Under the pieces are notes generated by a model, which searched no databases, was not told where the DNA came from, and was given only the letters and a program-made list of their open reading frames with translations. Below, one piece after another: positions 8,579 through 18,617 of a stretch of 64,000 bases of DNA. The stretch covers positions 1,344,001 through 1,408,000 of the forward strand of contig OY760074.1 of assembly GCA_963663035.1 (NCBI GenBank), in the 5' to 3' direction. The stretch's first letter is position 1. Each line of letters starts with the position of its first letter. Source of the DNA: Acidobacteriota bacterium. GTDB taxonomy: Bacteria; Acidobacteriota; UBA6911; RPQK01; JADFOI01. Both the position numbers and the translations under genes were made by a program.

Positions 8579-10873
8579 TCATCCCAACACCTTCTTCACA
8601 ACCGATTTCACCACACCCTCATACCGTTTCACCATCATCACCGGGACCCGGGCATAGCGGGCAACTTTCTCTGGTATTTCGCCAAAGATAACACTGGAAA
8701 AGAGGCCCTCCTCGGACACACCCAAGATAATGAGATCATAGTTTCCACCTGCCCTGGCCAGGCCGGATGCCACCTTTTCAGACTCGATCAGCGTACGTCT
8801 AACGTTGCTGTCTAACTCCGTTTCCTGGACGGTTTTCTCGATCCAGTCGTAGGCACTTTCCCTCACTTCCTGGGTCGCTCCCCGAGGAACCACATAACAA
8901 CTGGTCACCTGGGTGCCGTATTCCTCCTGATAAATCGCAGCAAATTGAGCGGCCAGTGCGGCATGGAAGCCACCGGCCGTTGGGATCAGGATTCTCTCCA
9001 GTGACAGATCACCCTCGAGCTTCACCGTAATCAAATCACAGGGGGCATGGTTGACAACCTTGTCGGTGACTTCCCCGATGATTCGATCCCGCCTGGTGGT
9101 GTGTCCTTTCCATCCCATGAGAATCAAGGAGGCCTTTTCCGCTTCCGCTGTGCGGAGTATGCCGTCGTAAACGCGGTGGGCTATCCGCAGGGCTGACCGA
9201 GTCGGTACCTGGGCCGTCTTGCAATATTGAAGGGCTTGCTTCAGAAGCGGGGTCTTGTGATGAACAAAGCGCATACCCTCATGAATGGGTAGACTCTGGG
9301 GAACGTCGATCACCCCCAGAGCAATGATCTCTCCGTTATGGGCCTTGGCGATGGGAACGGCAAGCTTCATCAAGGGAATCACGTGATCGGGATTGTGCAG
9401 GGGAATGAGAATCCGGTAGTCGTATTCTGGGGTCTCCTTGGGCAGTCCCACTTCAAGCACCTGGGGCATCTCTGGGGCGGTGACCTTCTCAAAATGAACA
9501 AAGTATATGAAAATCCCCACCAGAAGCCATGCCACAGCGATATACCACGAAAAAGGATCAAACTTATACTGATAAACCGCCAGCACCAGATTGAGCACAA
9601 TGGCAACGATTGGCGTTACCGGATAGAAAGGAACGCGAAAGCCCGCCTTGACCTCGGGAAACTGCCGGCGAAGCGAAATCAAGGAAAGATTCACCAGGCT
9701 GAAAGTCAACAAAAACATGACACTCGCCGCCGATCCAATAATGTGGATGGGAAAAAGCATGGCCATGATGAGCAAAAGGACACCTGTCACGCCCACCGCG
9801 ATGTGGGGAGTGCGCCGAGTCTCATGGATGGCGCCCAGTGCAACGGGCAGCATCTTGTCCCGGCCCATGGAGAAAGCCACCCGTGAGGAAGCCAGGACGG
9901 TGGCGTTGAGCGCCGAAAGGGTTGAAAGCAGTCCTCCAACGATAATGAGCACCACCCCAAATGAGGGCATGAAGTTCTCCGCTGCCTTAACAAAGGCGGT
10001 TTCCTGGTACCTTCCCAAAAACTCCCAGGACGTCCCCGTTTCGGGCTGAATGGCTCCGATGCAGACCACCACAATGAGCAGATAGAAGACTACGGTCACG
10101 GAAAGGGAGATCAACGTGGCCCTGGGAATCGTCTTCTTGGGTTGCTTGATCTCCTCAGCCACGGTAGCGATGAGGTCATACCCTTCAAAAGCGATAAAGG
10201 TGAGTCCCATCGCCAACACAACGCCGCTGAAGCCATTGGGTAAAAAGGGTCTGAAGCTCGATACCGCTGGTGTCGGGATATTCAGAATCTGCTTGAGACC
10301 ATAGAAGATAAAAATAGCCAGGATCACCATCTTGGCGACGGTGAGAAGATTTTCCACCTTCCCCGTTAAAGCGGTGCCACGCATGTTGATGGCAATGACA
10401 GCCACGCCAATGAACAACGTTACCAGCGTGAGCGGGATCTCTTCGCCCAGAAGCCCAAAGACCGCAGCGGAGAGAAGCGGAAAGTAGCTGTGGATAAATT
10501 CCCAGAAGTAACTCCCGAACCCCAAAGCGTAGAGGCTGCAGGCGATGACATAGCAGAACCAGAGCATCCAGCCGGAGACAAAGCCCACCGCGCCCGGAAA
10601 CGCCTTTCTGATATAGGAGTAGCCTCCCCCTGATTCAGGGTAGGTTGAAGCCAGCTCAGCGTAGCTGAGAGCTGTGAGAAGGGTCACAAAGCCATTGAGG
10701 ATAAAAGCCAGGAGTGCGCCTGGGCCCGCTACGCCGGAAGCAATGCCGGTGAGAACGAAAATTCCCGCCCCAATCATGGCCCCCACACCGATCATGGTGG
10801 CGTCAAAAAGGCCAAGATCGCGGGAAAAGGTGACCTCGGGGCTGCGATTGTTATTCTCTTCGGGCTTCTCCAT
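8579..10873 (-). CDS. APC-family amino acid permease with C-terminal tandem USP domains
   Basis: GAMIGAGIF and SYAELAS..P.SGG.Y motifs with ~12 TMs, followed by two USP-like repeats (LILMGW..G.VTDKVV; IILG...FGEIPEKV). Confidence 0.93.
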   Translation of the reverse strand: MEKPEENNNRSPEVTFSRDLGLFDATMIGVGAMIGAGIFVLTGIASGVAGPGALLAFILNGFVTLLTALSYAELASTYPESGGGYSYIRKAFPGAVGFVSGWMLWFCYVIACSLYALGFGSYFWEFIHSYFPLLSAAVFGLLGEEIPLTLVTLFIGVAVIAINMRGTALTGKVENLLTVAKMVILAIFIFYGLKQILNIPTPAVSSFRPFLPNGFSGVVLAMGLTFIAFEGYDLIATVAEEIKQPKKTIPRATLISLSVTVVFYLLIVVVCIGAIQPETGTSWEFLGRYQETAFVKAAENFMPSFGVVLIIVGGLLSTLSALNATVLASSRVAFSMGRDKMLPVALGAIHETRRTPHIAVGVTGVLLLIMAMLFPIHIIGSAASVMFLLTFSLVNLSLISLRRQFPEVKAGFRVPFYPVTPIVAIVLNLVLAVYQYKFDPFSWYIAVAWLLVGIFIYFVHFEKVTAPEMPQVLEVGLPKETPEYDYRILIPLHNPDHVIPLMKLAVPIAKAHNGEIIALGVIDVPQSLPIHEGMRFVHHKTPLLKQALQYCKTAQVPTRSALRIAHRVYDGILRTAEAEKASLILMGWKGHTTRRDRIIGEVTDKVVNHAPCDLITVKLEGDLSLERILIPTAGGFHAALAAQFAAIYQEEYGTQVTSCYVVPRGATQEVRESAYDWIEKTVQETELDSNVRRTLIESEKVASGLARAGGNYDLIILGVSEEGLFSSVIFGEIPEKVARYARVPVMMVKRYEGVVKSVVKKVLG

Positions 10874-10918
10874 ACCGCCTGGAAAGTTTAACAGACCAGA
10901 AAACTTCCAGGCGGCGAC

Positions 10919-10956
10919 TGCTGCACTTCGTCACGAAAACCTCTGCATAATCCCGG
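10919..10956 (+). mobile_element. Solo right end of the IS1380-like MITE family
   Basis: TGCTGCACTTCGTCACGAAAACCTCTGCATAATCCCGG followed by CTAG, nearly identical to 12144-12181. Confidence 0.7.
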
Positions 10957-10979
10957 CTAGCTGGCTTCCGGTGAGGAAC

Positions 10980-11183
10980 TCAACCTTCGTTTGGAAAGTC
11001 CATCTGGGCAAGATAGGCGGTGAGAGCCACCCAATGCTCGTCCAGCTTCCAATTCTCGCTGGCGCTACTGCCGCCTCCAGTTAGGGAACTGGCACGCCCG
11101 ATTCTGGGAGCTCTTACCCCCAAGCGGTTTTTCTGACTCCACGAGTTCCGACTGTGCTTCTCCTGAACTCTTAGATTTTTCAT
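10980..11183 (-). CDS. Putative small hypothetical protein (67 aa)
   Basis: Strong RBS GGAGG 7 nt before the ATG; divergent from the DUF5343 gene. No recognisable homology. Confidence 0.4.
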   Translation of the reverse strand: MKNLRVQEKHSRNSWSQKNRLGVRAPRIGRASSLTGGGSSASENWKLDEHWVALTAYLAQMDFPNEG

Positions 11184-11213
11184 GTCTAAACCTCCATAAT
11201 TGATGCCAAATTG

Positions 11214-11251
11214 TGTCCGACTTTAATTGCATTTGCAAAAAATGTCGGACA
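11214..11251. promoter_or_regulatory. Inverted repeat TGTCCGAC-N22-GTCGGACA in divergent promoter region
   Basis: Perfect 8-bp arms in the AT-rich spacer between divergent ORFs. Confidence 0.45.
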
Positions 11252-11302
11252 TTGATATAAAAATCCAAGAAAGTGATATTTAAACGGTAGATGGAGAGCT
11301 GA

Positions 11303-12013
11303 ATGGGCAGAAGAAAGTCTGAGCGGATACCACCCTATGTCTCTTATCGGACATTCAGCAATTTCCTGGCTGAGCTGCGGGCTCGGGGCATTCCCTCCAG
11401 AATTGACCGGAGCGTCATGGCCCACAAATCGGGCACCATCCAGTCTCAGCTCTTACTGACACTTGCCTACCTGGGTCTGGTGAAGGACTCCGGCCAAATC
11501 ACACCAAGACTGCAAAAACTCCTGGAGAGCGAGGAGGCGGAGAGAAAGGCCCTGCTGCGTGAAATCATCCAGACGTCTTACGACTTTGCCTTTGACAGGA
11601 ACTTCGGCTTGAAGACAGCCACTTCAAATCAGGCCGAGGAAGTTTTTCAGAAAACAGGGGCTTCCGGTGAGACGGTACGCAGGTGCATCGCCTTTTTTCT
11701 GGCGGCTGCCAAAGACAGTGGAATCCCCGTCTCTTCTTACATCAAACCCCATCGACGAAGGAAATCCACCTCCAGTAAGCGGGCTCAGTCCAGCCAGAAC
11801 ACGCCCCCAACAGCCCTCGCCTCAATCGACGATTCTGATGGGGGATGCGAGTCCAGAAAAGTTCAATTGAAAAGCGGGGGAACTCTGAGACTTGAGCTGT
11901 CCATTGACATCTTCGACCTGGACGAAAAGGACCGCGAGTTCATCTTCAGGCTGATCGATGAGCTCAAAGAGTACGAAAAGGATAGCCAAGCGGCCAACCA
12001 GCCTTTACGCTAA
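11303..12013 (+). CDS. DUF5343-like putative DNA-binding protein
   Basis: PPYVSYRTF.NFL, IPSRIDRS and TVRRCIAFFLAAAKDSGI pattern; basic linker. Confidence 0.7.
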   Translation: MGRRKSERIPPYVSYRTFSNFLAELRARGIPSRIDRSVMAHKSGTIQSQLLLTLAYLGLVKDSGQITPRLQKLLESEEAERKALLREIIQTSYDFAFDRNFGLKTATSNQAEEVFQKTGASGETVRRCIAFFLAAAKDSGIPVSSYIKPHRRRKSTSSKRAQSSQNTPPTALASIDDSDGGCESRKVQLKSGGTLRLELSIDIFDLDEKDREFIFRLIDELKEYEKDSQAANQPLR

Positions 12014-12034
12014 ACTCCTCAGGGAAACTAACAG

Positions 12035-12181
12035 CCGGGATTATGCATAAATTATCTACTACAGTGCCGCAATCATCCACGCTGACTGCGTTGTGCGACC
12101 CGCACAAGCGGGTACCCCTTGCACGCCTTGTCATCGCGGCGCCTGCTGCACTTCGTCACGAAAACCTATGCATAACCGCGG
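12035..12181 (+). mobile_element. 147-bp MITE with IS1380-like terminal inverted repeats
   Basis: CCGGGATTATGCATAA ... CTATGCATAACCGCGG followed by CTAG. Compare the IS1380 end TTATGAATAATCCGGG|CTAG at 52978-52997. Confidence 0.75.
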
Positions 12182-12213
12182 CTAGTGCCATGTGATTGTC
12201 TGGAGGAATGACT

Positions 12214-13437
12214 GTGCATACAAGAAATACCGCCATCATTTGCTTCGGTTTTGTTTTCAGCCTGCAGGGAGCTGTCTTCTTGTGGGGCCAGGATCGGGAG
12301 GAACCGGAACCCACGGAATATGTTCAAAATCTGGAACAACGAATCCAGATCCTGGAGCAGACGGTCCAGCTGCTTCAGGAGCAGCTGCAGACGAATACCT
12401 CCGCAAGAGAAGATGCGTCGGGCAGCGCTACCTCTCAGGCCTCCGGGGCACCTGGCCAGCCTTTGGCTCAAGACAGTTCCGCAGACCCACCGGTAGACAT
12501 CAGCGGCTACGCTTTCGGTGATTATTACTGGATGGCAGCCAACCATGACAGCACCCTGGAGGACCGCAATGGATTCCAGTTTCGCCGCATTTATCTGACC
12601 TTCGATAAATCGTTGAGTGCTGCCTTTGATGCTCGTGTACGACTTGAGATGAGGTCGCCGGGTGACTTCACTTCAACGACTAACTTGGATCCGTTTGTCA
12701 AGAATGCTTACCTGCGCTGGAAGCTTTCCAACCGCCATCAGGCCCACATTGGATTGTCCCCTACCCCCACCCTGAATGTGGTGGACGATTTCTGGGGCTA
12801 CCGTTGGGTGGAGAAAACCCTGCTGGATCTGCAAAAGATGGGTACTTCCGCGGACATGGGTTTGGCTCTCAGGGGCAGTCTGGATTCTGGCGAGCAGCTG
12901 CGCTACCACTTGATGGTCAGCAACGGCTCGGGTACGCGAGGTGAATCCGATAAGGGAAAGAAGGTCTTGTTCTCCCTGGGATTGTACCCCAGCGACTCAG
13001 TGATTCTGGAGTTCTACAGCGACTATGAAAGCCGTCCCCTCAATACTAATCGGCGGACCTTTCAAGGCTTCCTGGCTTACCAGGCACGTTGGGGACGTTT
13101 TGGACTTCAGTATGTACATCAGATCCGCCACGGGACCCCGGATCTGCAATTGGATGCTCTCTCACTCTTTGGCGTGGCCAGGCTTTCCCCAGCCGCCTCC
13201 TTTTTCTGGCGCTATGACAGAATGTTTGATCCCAATCCGGATGGAGCCGGAATCTCCTACATTCCCTTTCATCCCGGTGCCAAATCCAACTTTTTTTTGA
13301 CCGGCATCGATCTGAAGGTTCATGAACGGTTTAGCCTGCTGCCCAATCTCGAGGTGGTTCGCTACGATCAATTACAGGACGGCACTCGACCGAAAAGCGA
13401 TCTCATTCCCAGAGTGACTTTCTTTTTCAGATTCTAG
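12214..13437 (+). CDS. Outer-membrane porin-like beta-barrel with N-terminal coiled coil
   Basis: Signal peptide, LEQRIQILEQ coil, GFQFRRIYLTFD, amphipathic strands and C-terminal Phe. Start is ATG 12208 or GTG 12214. Confidence 0.8.
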   Translation: MHTRNTAIICFGFVFSLQGAVFLWGQDREEPEPTEYVQNLEQRIQILEQTVQLLQEQLQTNTSAREDASGSATSQASGAPGQPLAQDSSADPPVDISGYAFGDYYWMAANHDSTLEDRNGFQFRRIYLTFDKSLSAAFDARVRLEMRSPGDFTSTTNLDPFVKNAYLRWKLSNRHQAHIGLSPTPTLNVVDDFWGYRWVEKTLLDLQKMGTSADMGLALRGSLDSGEQLRYHLMVSNGSGTRGESDKGKKVLFSLGLYPSDSVILEFYSDYESRPLNTNRRTFQGFLAYQARWGRFGLQYVHQIRHGTPDLQLDALSLFGVARLSPAASFFWRYDRMFDPNPDGAGISYIPFHPGAKSNFFLTGIDLKVHERFSLLPNLEVVRYDQLQDGTRPKSDLIPRVTFFFRF

Positions 13438-13444
13438 GGGCTAG

Positions 13445-14257
13445 CTACCGCACTTGCAGGTAGATTCTGCTCAAGCGGAAGGTTTCTTCGTCCAGGTTAA
13501 GCTCTTGGCGGAGCTCCTCCATCGACTGGAACTCTTTTCGGGATCTCTGTTGTAGGAGCCGATCAATGTCCCTTCTGGTGAGAAACTCCAATCTTTGAAA
13601 GGCATGGGCAGGGACAAGATTGAGGTCCATGGGGACCTGCGTAATGGGATTATTTTCGCCCGCGTGAAGTGCCAGATAATCAACAATGGGATCGATATCC
13701 TGCTCCGAAATCGGCGCGCTGAATTCGTCGATCATCCAGGTTACAGTGGTGTACCAGGCATCCCAACTTTTCCTGCTCCGTACGATGACGTCCAATCCAT
13801 GGCAGCTGGTGCAGTTGAGCACTACAAAGGCCTTGGCATCGTCCTTGGGGAGCAGCATCGCCCAGTCCACTTCTTCTCCAGCCCCCTCATCGAGGGCCCC
13901 TGGCTGGCGGGCCCAGCCTCCAGTTTCTAGTGGGCTCCAATGCTCACCCAGGTAACTGACAATCTTTTCGATCTCCTCTTCCGAGAGCTGCGCTCCCATC
14001 TCCCCCACCATCTTCCCAATCACAGAAAGCCATTCCTCCTCAGTTTGTCTGAGCATCAAGGCTTTTCCCAAGGTGTGACAGGTTGTACAGAGTGTCTCGA
14101 CGTAGCCTTTTCCATCCCCAGCGGGCAGGACCTGGCCCCAGTTGACATCCTGAGCGGCCAGGTATCCAGGCGGAACAGGCGACTGATTCCAGAGGAAGAC
14201 CACCCCTACTGCCAGCCAGAGCCGTTTCCACGTAAGCCCTTTCATCCCGCTTGGCAC
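13445..14257 (-). CDS. Dihaem c-type cytochrome with C-terminal helix-hairpin-helix-like domain
   Basis: Signal peptide; CTTCH and CTSCH, each followed by W..V..M. The C-terminal MDLN...L...R..KEFQSMEEL segment resembles ComEA/PsbU HhH. Confidence 0.8.
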   Translation of the reverse strand: MPSGMKGLTWKRLWLAVGVVFLWNQSPVPPGYLAAQDVNWGQVLPAGDGKGYVETLCTTCHTLGKALMLRQTEEEWLSVIGKMVGEMGAQLSEEEIEKIVSYLGEHWSPLETGGWARQPGALDEGAGEEVDWAMLLPKDDAKAFVVLNCTSCHGLDVIVRSRKSWDAWYTTVTWMIDEFSAPISEQDIDPIVDYLALHAGENNPITQVPMDLNLVPAHAFQRLEFLTRRDIDRLLQQRSRKEFQSMEELRQELNLDEETFRLSRIYLQVR

Positions 14258-14262
14258 TTGGC

Positions 14263-14976
14263 CTAATCAGAATGCCAGTGGATTTTCATCCATTTGGCAC
14301 GACGCTCCTCTTCTTCTGCCCAACTGAGCGGTCCTGGATAGTTGGCCACGTCCCAACCCGTTACCAGCTCAGAGGTGTTGGGATTGATGATCTGGTGCTC
14401 ATCCCCAGCCGCCAGCACGGGAATTTTCCTCCCATCGCGCGGCACTTTATGCTCTGGAAAGTTTTGATAAAAGACGGTGAAGACCCGCAGGCGCACCAGA
14501 CGAAAGATCTTCTGGACTGTTTCCAGGTCCTCATTTCCAAGCACCTCGACCAGACGCCCGGAGGCGGCGCCGGGATCGATAGGCGCGAAAGAGCCAGTCG
14601 GAAGGCTGCTGGCAACCGATTGCAGAAAATCAGCCCGTTCTGCTTCACCCAGGTCTACAAACGATTTCCCGGCAAAGAACTCTCTGCTGGCCGAATTAAA
14701 GACGTTGAACTCCTGTTGTTCCAAGCCCTGCAATCCTGCCAGGACCTCAGTGGTGATCCCATAGCGCTCTAATCGTCTATAGCCCGGGTAGCCCGCCGCG
14801 GTGGGAATCAGCGTATCCCCCAAGGCTCCTACAAAATCCTCTCGATCAACGGCAGGCACATCACTGGCCGTGGAGCCTTGAGACGCCTGCAGCTGGGACA
14901 TCATTCCACCCAGGGAAAGGGTTCCAACACTCGTTTTCTTGAGAAACCATCGTCGTGATAGCAGTTGAAATTTCAT
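14263..14976 (-). CDS. Tat-exported small subunit (gluconate 2-dehydrogenase subunit 3-like)
   Basis: SRRWFLK Tat motif, DTLIP, FVDL..AERADFL and GW...NYPGP; lies between the GMC and cytochrome genes. Confidence 0.75.
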   Translation of the reverse strand: MKFQLLSRRWFLKKTSVGTLSLGGMMSQLQASQGSTASDVPAVDREDFVGALGDTLIPTAAGYPGYRRLERYGITTEVLAGLQGLEQQEFNVFNSASREFFAGKSFVDLGEAERADFLQSVASSLPTGSFAPIDPGAASGRLVEVLGNEDLETVQKIFRLVRLRVFTVFYQNFPEHKVPRDGRKIPVLAAGDEHQIINPNTSELVTGWDVANYPGPLSWAEEEERRAKWMKIHWHSD

Positions 14977-15009
14977 AAAGCTCTCCTCATTTCGATATCG
15001 TATGAAGGT

Positions 15010-16530
15010 TCAGACCCCCCGCGAGAAGTTATTGGCCACGATTCGCCGGGCCCCAAAAGCGCCCATGAGGGCCGCATAAAAGCCTGAGTAAATGCCGGCC
15101 CTCGGATAGGATCCGGCATCCACCACAAAGAGTCCCTCCACCTCGTGCGATTCGAAGTTCTGGTTAATAACGGAGTTCCTTCTGTCGCTGCCGGCTCGGC
15201 AGGTTCCATTGGTATGTCCTCCCCCTCTTCCCCTGAAGGTGGCAGGAAATCGCGGCGAAATTTCTTGACTTCCGATTCTCTTGGCTAACTCCAGACCAAT
15301 CTCCCTCGCTTCGTTCATGCGCCTGTCAATATAAGGGTCACCAGGATAAGTCCGGGCACCCGTCTGAAGATTGAGCCTTCCCTTAATGTGGGTGGGAGGG
15401 CGATTCACAGAGAGACCAATCGATCCCAGGCGGCTTATAGCGGTCCTCATAAAGTCCATGTGGGCGTGTCCGAAAGCTGGAGCAAACTCGCTTAAAGCGG
15501 CCGTGTGAGGATAGGTGATCTTATTGAGATCGGTACTCCAAATCTTTAAAACGCCGCTGCTGTCCTGATAATCCGGATCCTCATCCAGAAAGTACATGGC
15601 GCCGGTCGTTCCACGCCCGGGCTCTTTAATGGCTTCATCAAACACCACGCCTACCCGATAGGTGGTATCTCCATCCAGATTGCGGCCCACGTTGTTATTT
15701 TCCACGATCAACTTGCTTCCCAACTCGTCTCTGGGGCCATATCCCGATTTCGCCAGGACTACAGGCGTACCCGCATACCCGCAGGACATAACGATTTTCT
15801 CAGCCCGGGCTTCCTGGATTTGACCATCCTTTCTGTAGTACACACCCTTCACGAAACCGCCTGTTCCTCTTTTTTCAATAATCACTTCCTCGATTTCGGC
15901 CTTGTCAATCAGCTCAACTCCATTGGCCTCGGCAATGGGGAGGTACCACAAGGAAGTTCCCTTCGCGTCATATTTGCAGCCATGTCCGCTCCCGATAAAA
16001 CCACAGTAAATACAATTCTTGCGCGGAGAAGGCATTCCCTTGGCGTCGTAGCCCATAGCAATGGCGGCACTTCTGAATAACTTGTCACCCTTAGACCAGG
16101 CTTCTTCCGGAGCCGCGTGAAAATGGTACATGTCCATCACATCATCCACGGCTTCCTGCATGTTCTCCTTGGTCCAGTCAATTCCCATTTCGGAAGACCA
16201 GTTCTCTTGATCCTGGTCGATCGGCAAAACCGCATGCCCGCCCCACCAGACCGAGCTGCCTCCCACCATTTTAGGCCCAAAGCCCCAGGAGAAGCTGTCG
16301 ATCATCTCAAACTCCTCCCAGCCAATCTGCGGCATCAGTCGCCGCCGATTGGGATGCCCATAGCCAGCCCTTCTCTCCCCTTCAAACAGCTGAGCTCCGG
16401 CGTCAATCAAGCCTATCCTCAGCCGATCACCTGTTGCCGGGTTGATTCCTGCTTCTGCGATGCGGGCTGCCACGATGATTCCTGCCGTGCCCGCACCAGC
16501 CACAATGAGATCAAACTCTTTTACAGCCAC
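15010..16530 (-). CDS. GMC-family FAD oxidoreductase
   Basis: GAGTAG, VGGSS, CIYCGF...GC, HTNGTCRAG and LFVVDAG motifs. Confidence 0.92.
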   Translation of the reverse strand: MAVKEFDLIVAGAGTAGIIVAARIAEAGINPATGDRLRIGLIDAGAQLFEGERRAGYGHPNRRRLMPQIGWEEFEMIDSFSWGFGPKMVGGSSVWWGGHAVLPIDQDQENWSSEMGIDWTKENMQEAVDDVMDMYHFHAAPEEAWSKGDKLFRSAAIAMGYDAKGMPSPRKNCIYCGFIGSGHGCKYDAKGTSLWYLPIAEANGVELIDKAEIEEVIIEKRGTGGFVKGVYYRKDGQIQEARAEKIVMSCGYAGTPVVLAKSGYGPRDELGSKLIVENNNVGRNLDGDTTYRVGVVFDEAIKEPGRGTTGAMYFLDEDPDYQDSSGVLKIWSTDLNKITYPHTAALSEFAPAFGHAHMDFMRTAISRLGSIGLSVNRPPTHIKGRLNLQTGARTYPGDPYIDRRMNEAREIGLELAKRIGSQEISPRFPATFRGRGGGHTNGTCRAGSDRRNSVINQNFESHEVEGLFVVDAGSYPRAGIYSGFYAALMGAFGARRIVANNFSRGV

Positions 16531-16816
16531 TTTCCTCCCCCTTTCAAAATTCTGGAGTAACTTCTAATAGTGCCCTCCATGCTAAACCGTGGGAGGGCAA
16601 AAGGCAATGGCGATTATCAGCAGAGAATCCTGCTCGAGTTCAGTGGCGGGTGGGGAAGGGTGTTTTCGTCAGACTCCTCTTTTGAGAACCTTAGATTCGC
16701 TTTAAATCCCTAATTTGCATAAATTAATACTACTGATTTATGCTTATTTTAAAGATATTTACTCTATATTATCTAAGTGTACACCTAATATAATATGCAA
16801 GTAGCCCGGATGATGC

Positions 16817-17155
16817 TTAAGGTGTGGAGAATCCTGCCAGGATGACGCCTATCAGCGTCACAATCAGGGCACCATTGAGAGCAGTGCCCAGTAGGGGAAA
16901 AGTCCTTTTCTGATCTTTCTGGAGGAGGCCGGCAATACCGAGACCTGTGCCAACCAGAAGGATAAAGATTGTGAGAAAGAGAAACATCCCAATGATCACG
17001 GAAGTAAAGGATGTCTCATCCATCCCTCCGGGCGTCGTTGCTTCGTAATAGCCAGCCACGGCCAACAGCATGAACGACTCGATCCAACCAATGATTGAAA
17101 TGATAAATGAGGCTATGCCCAGTCTCGAGTGTTTGTTGGCTTCAGTTTTTTCCAT
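16817..17155 (-). CDS. Small 3-TM membrane protein (DUF4190-like)
   Basis: KHSRLGIASFIISI start followed by three hydrophobic helices. Confidence 0.7.
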   Translation of the reverse strand: MEKTEANKHSRLGIASFIISIIGWIESFMLLAVAGYYEATTPGGMDETSFTSVIIGMFLFLTIFILLVGTGLGIAGLLQKDQKRTFPLLGTALNGALIVTLIGVILAGFSTP

Positions 17156-17183
17156 GGAGCTCTTGAAAGAGACTCCGTCCAGG

Positions 17184-17819
17184 CTAGTTTTCGTCATCCT
17201 GAAATTGAATGGACCAATGTGCTCCATCGCAAAAGGGCTTGTTTTTGGAGGCCCCGCAGCGACAAAGAGCGAAATGTTCTCTGGAGGCACCCTCACCCCA
17301 ACTGACATCAACCAGCTCAGGGCCGCCTGTGGCCAGGTAGGGACCATTCTTTGATACCGTGACTGCGGGTTCTCGAGCCTGGTCTGCTTGCTCCACCTTC
17401 TGGACGGAATAGCTGAGGGCTCCGGAAGGACAGTTCTTGACGACTTCAATGATTTCTGCCGCCTGGGCTGCCTCCGGGTCAATCCATGGCTCGTGTTCCA
17501 GCCGGAAGACCGACGTCAGTTGGTCGCTACACAGGCCGGCGTGGGAGCAAATGCCACGGTTATCGTGCAGGGTAATCTCCTTTCCCACGTAGTCATCTCT
17601 TCTCTCCTCCACCCGTCCTTCCACTTTTTCGTCGGAAAAGCCGATTTTGGCATGTGTCCCATCACAAAAGGGTTTTTTCTTTGAGCCTCCACAGCGGCAA
17701 AGCGCAAGCTTTGGTTGAGTTTCGATCTGCTCGCCCTTGGAGTTCTGAAGATTCTCGAGATTGTCCACTATGAGCGGGCCGTTTTGAGAAAGGGTAATGC
17801 TTGGCTTGCTTGAGCTCAT
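17184..17819 (-). CDS. CDGSH iron-sulfur protein (two CDGSH motifs flanking a divergent ferredoxin domain)
   Basis: LCRCGGSKKKPFCDGTH, CSHAGLC..CPSGAL and LCRCGASKNKPFCDGAH motifs. Confidence 0.93.
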   Translation of the reverse strand: MSSSKPSITLSQNGPLIVDNLENLQNSKGEQIETQPKLALCRCGGSKKKPFCDGTHAKIGFSDEKVEGRVEERRDDYVGKEITLHDNRGICSHAGLCSDQLTSVFRLEHEPWIDPEAAQAAEIIEVVKNCPSGALSYSVQKVEQADQAREPAVTVSKNGPYLATGGPELVDVSWGEGASREHFALCRCGASKNKPFCDGAHWSIQFQDDEN

Positions 17820-18617
17820 GGGACAACCTCCTGGCTCGTGGAATGCGGGTTCGTCACTGGAAACATCGATTCCTATCTTACCCGATAGGGCAATATGGGA
17901 ACAGCCTTGCATCATTGAGGTCTCACGCTCATTTCCTTCTTGTGACGCTGGTCACTGACTGGGTTCTCGGTTACCGCTAGTCTATCGGTTGGAAGAACCA
18001 CCAGCTATCTACCCCTAATGAGCTTTGAGAAATGACCCTCAGTCACAGACCCCCTAATAAGTTTCGTAGACTGAAAAGAAACTGAAAGGAGAAAGCCATC
18101 ATGTATCAAAAGTTTGCAAAGAGTGTTTTCACAATCTTGGGCTTATTCATTGTGTTGAACCTGAGCTCGCTTGCTCTTCTTGCCCAGAACTACAGTATTG
18201 ATCCTCGTAACATCGCCTTGGGCGGAATGGCTAACATCGGTGCCGGCAACCCTGTCTTCGACCTGGTGCCAAAAAAGACCGAGTACAGCACCATCCCGAT
18301 TCCACTGGGTCTAATCCAGGTTTTCGGCAACCTGGACGTCTTTGATGTGAGTGATCCGAACTTTGACCTGTCCCGACTCATCGACTACGCAGGCAATCCT
18401 CTCCATCTGACTGCCGGTCGGGATCAAGGGGCAGAAGGTGAGACCAGTTTTGACTTCTTGGGTGATATTAATGATGCACTCCTCAATCGGGACTTGAATG
18501 CCTACCGTGGATTTACGCCCCCCAAAGAGTTTAAAGCAGAAGGTTTGATTGCACCAGACTGGGGACACACTATCACGGTACCCACGCCGGGCCTTGAATC
18601 CTCTCACGGGATCTTCG

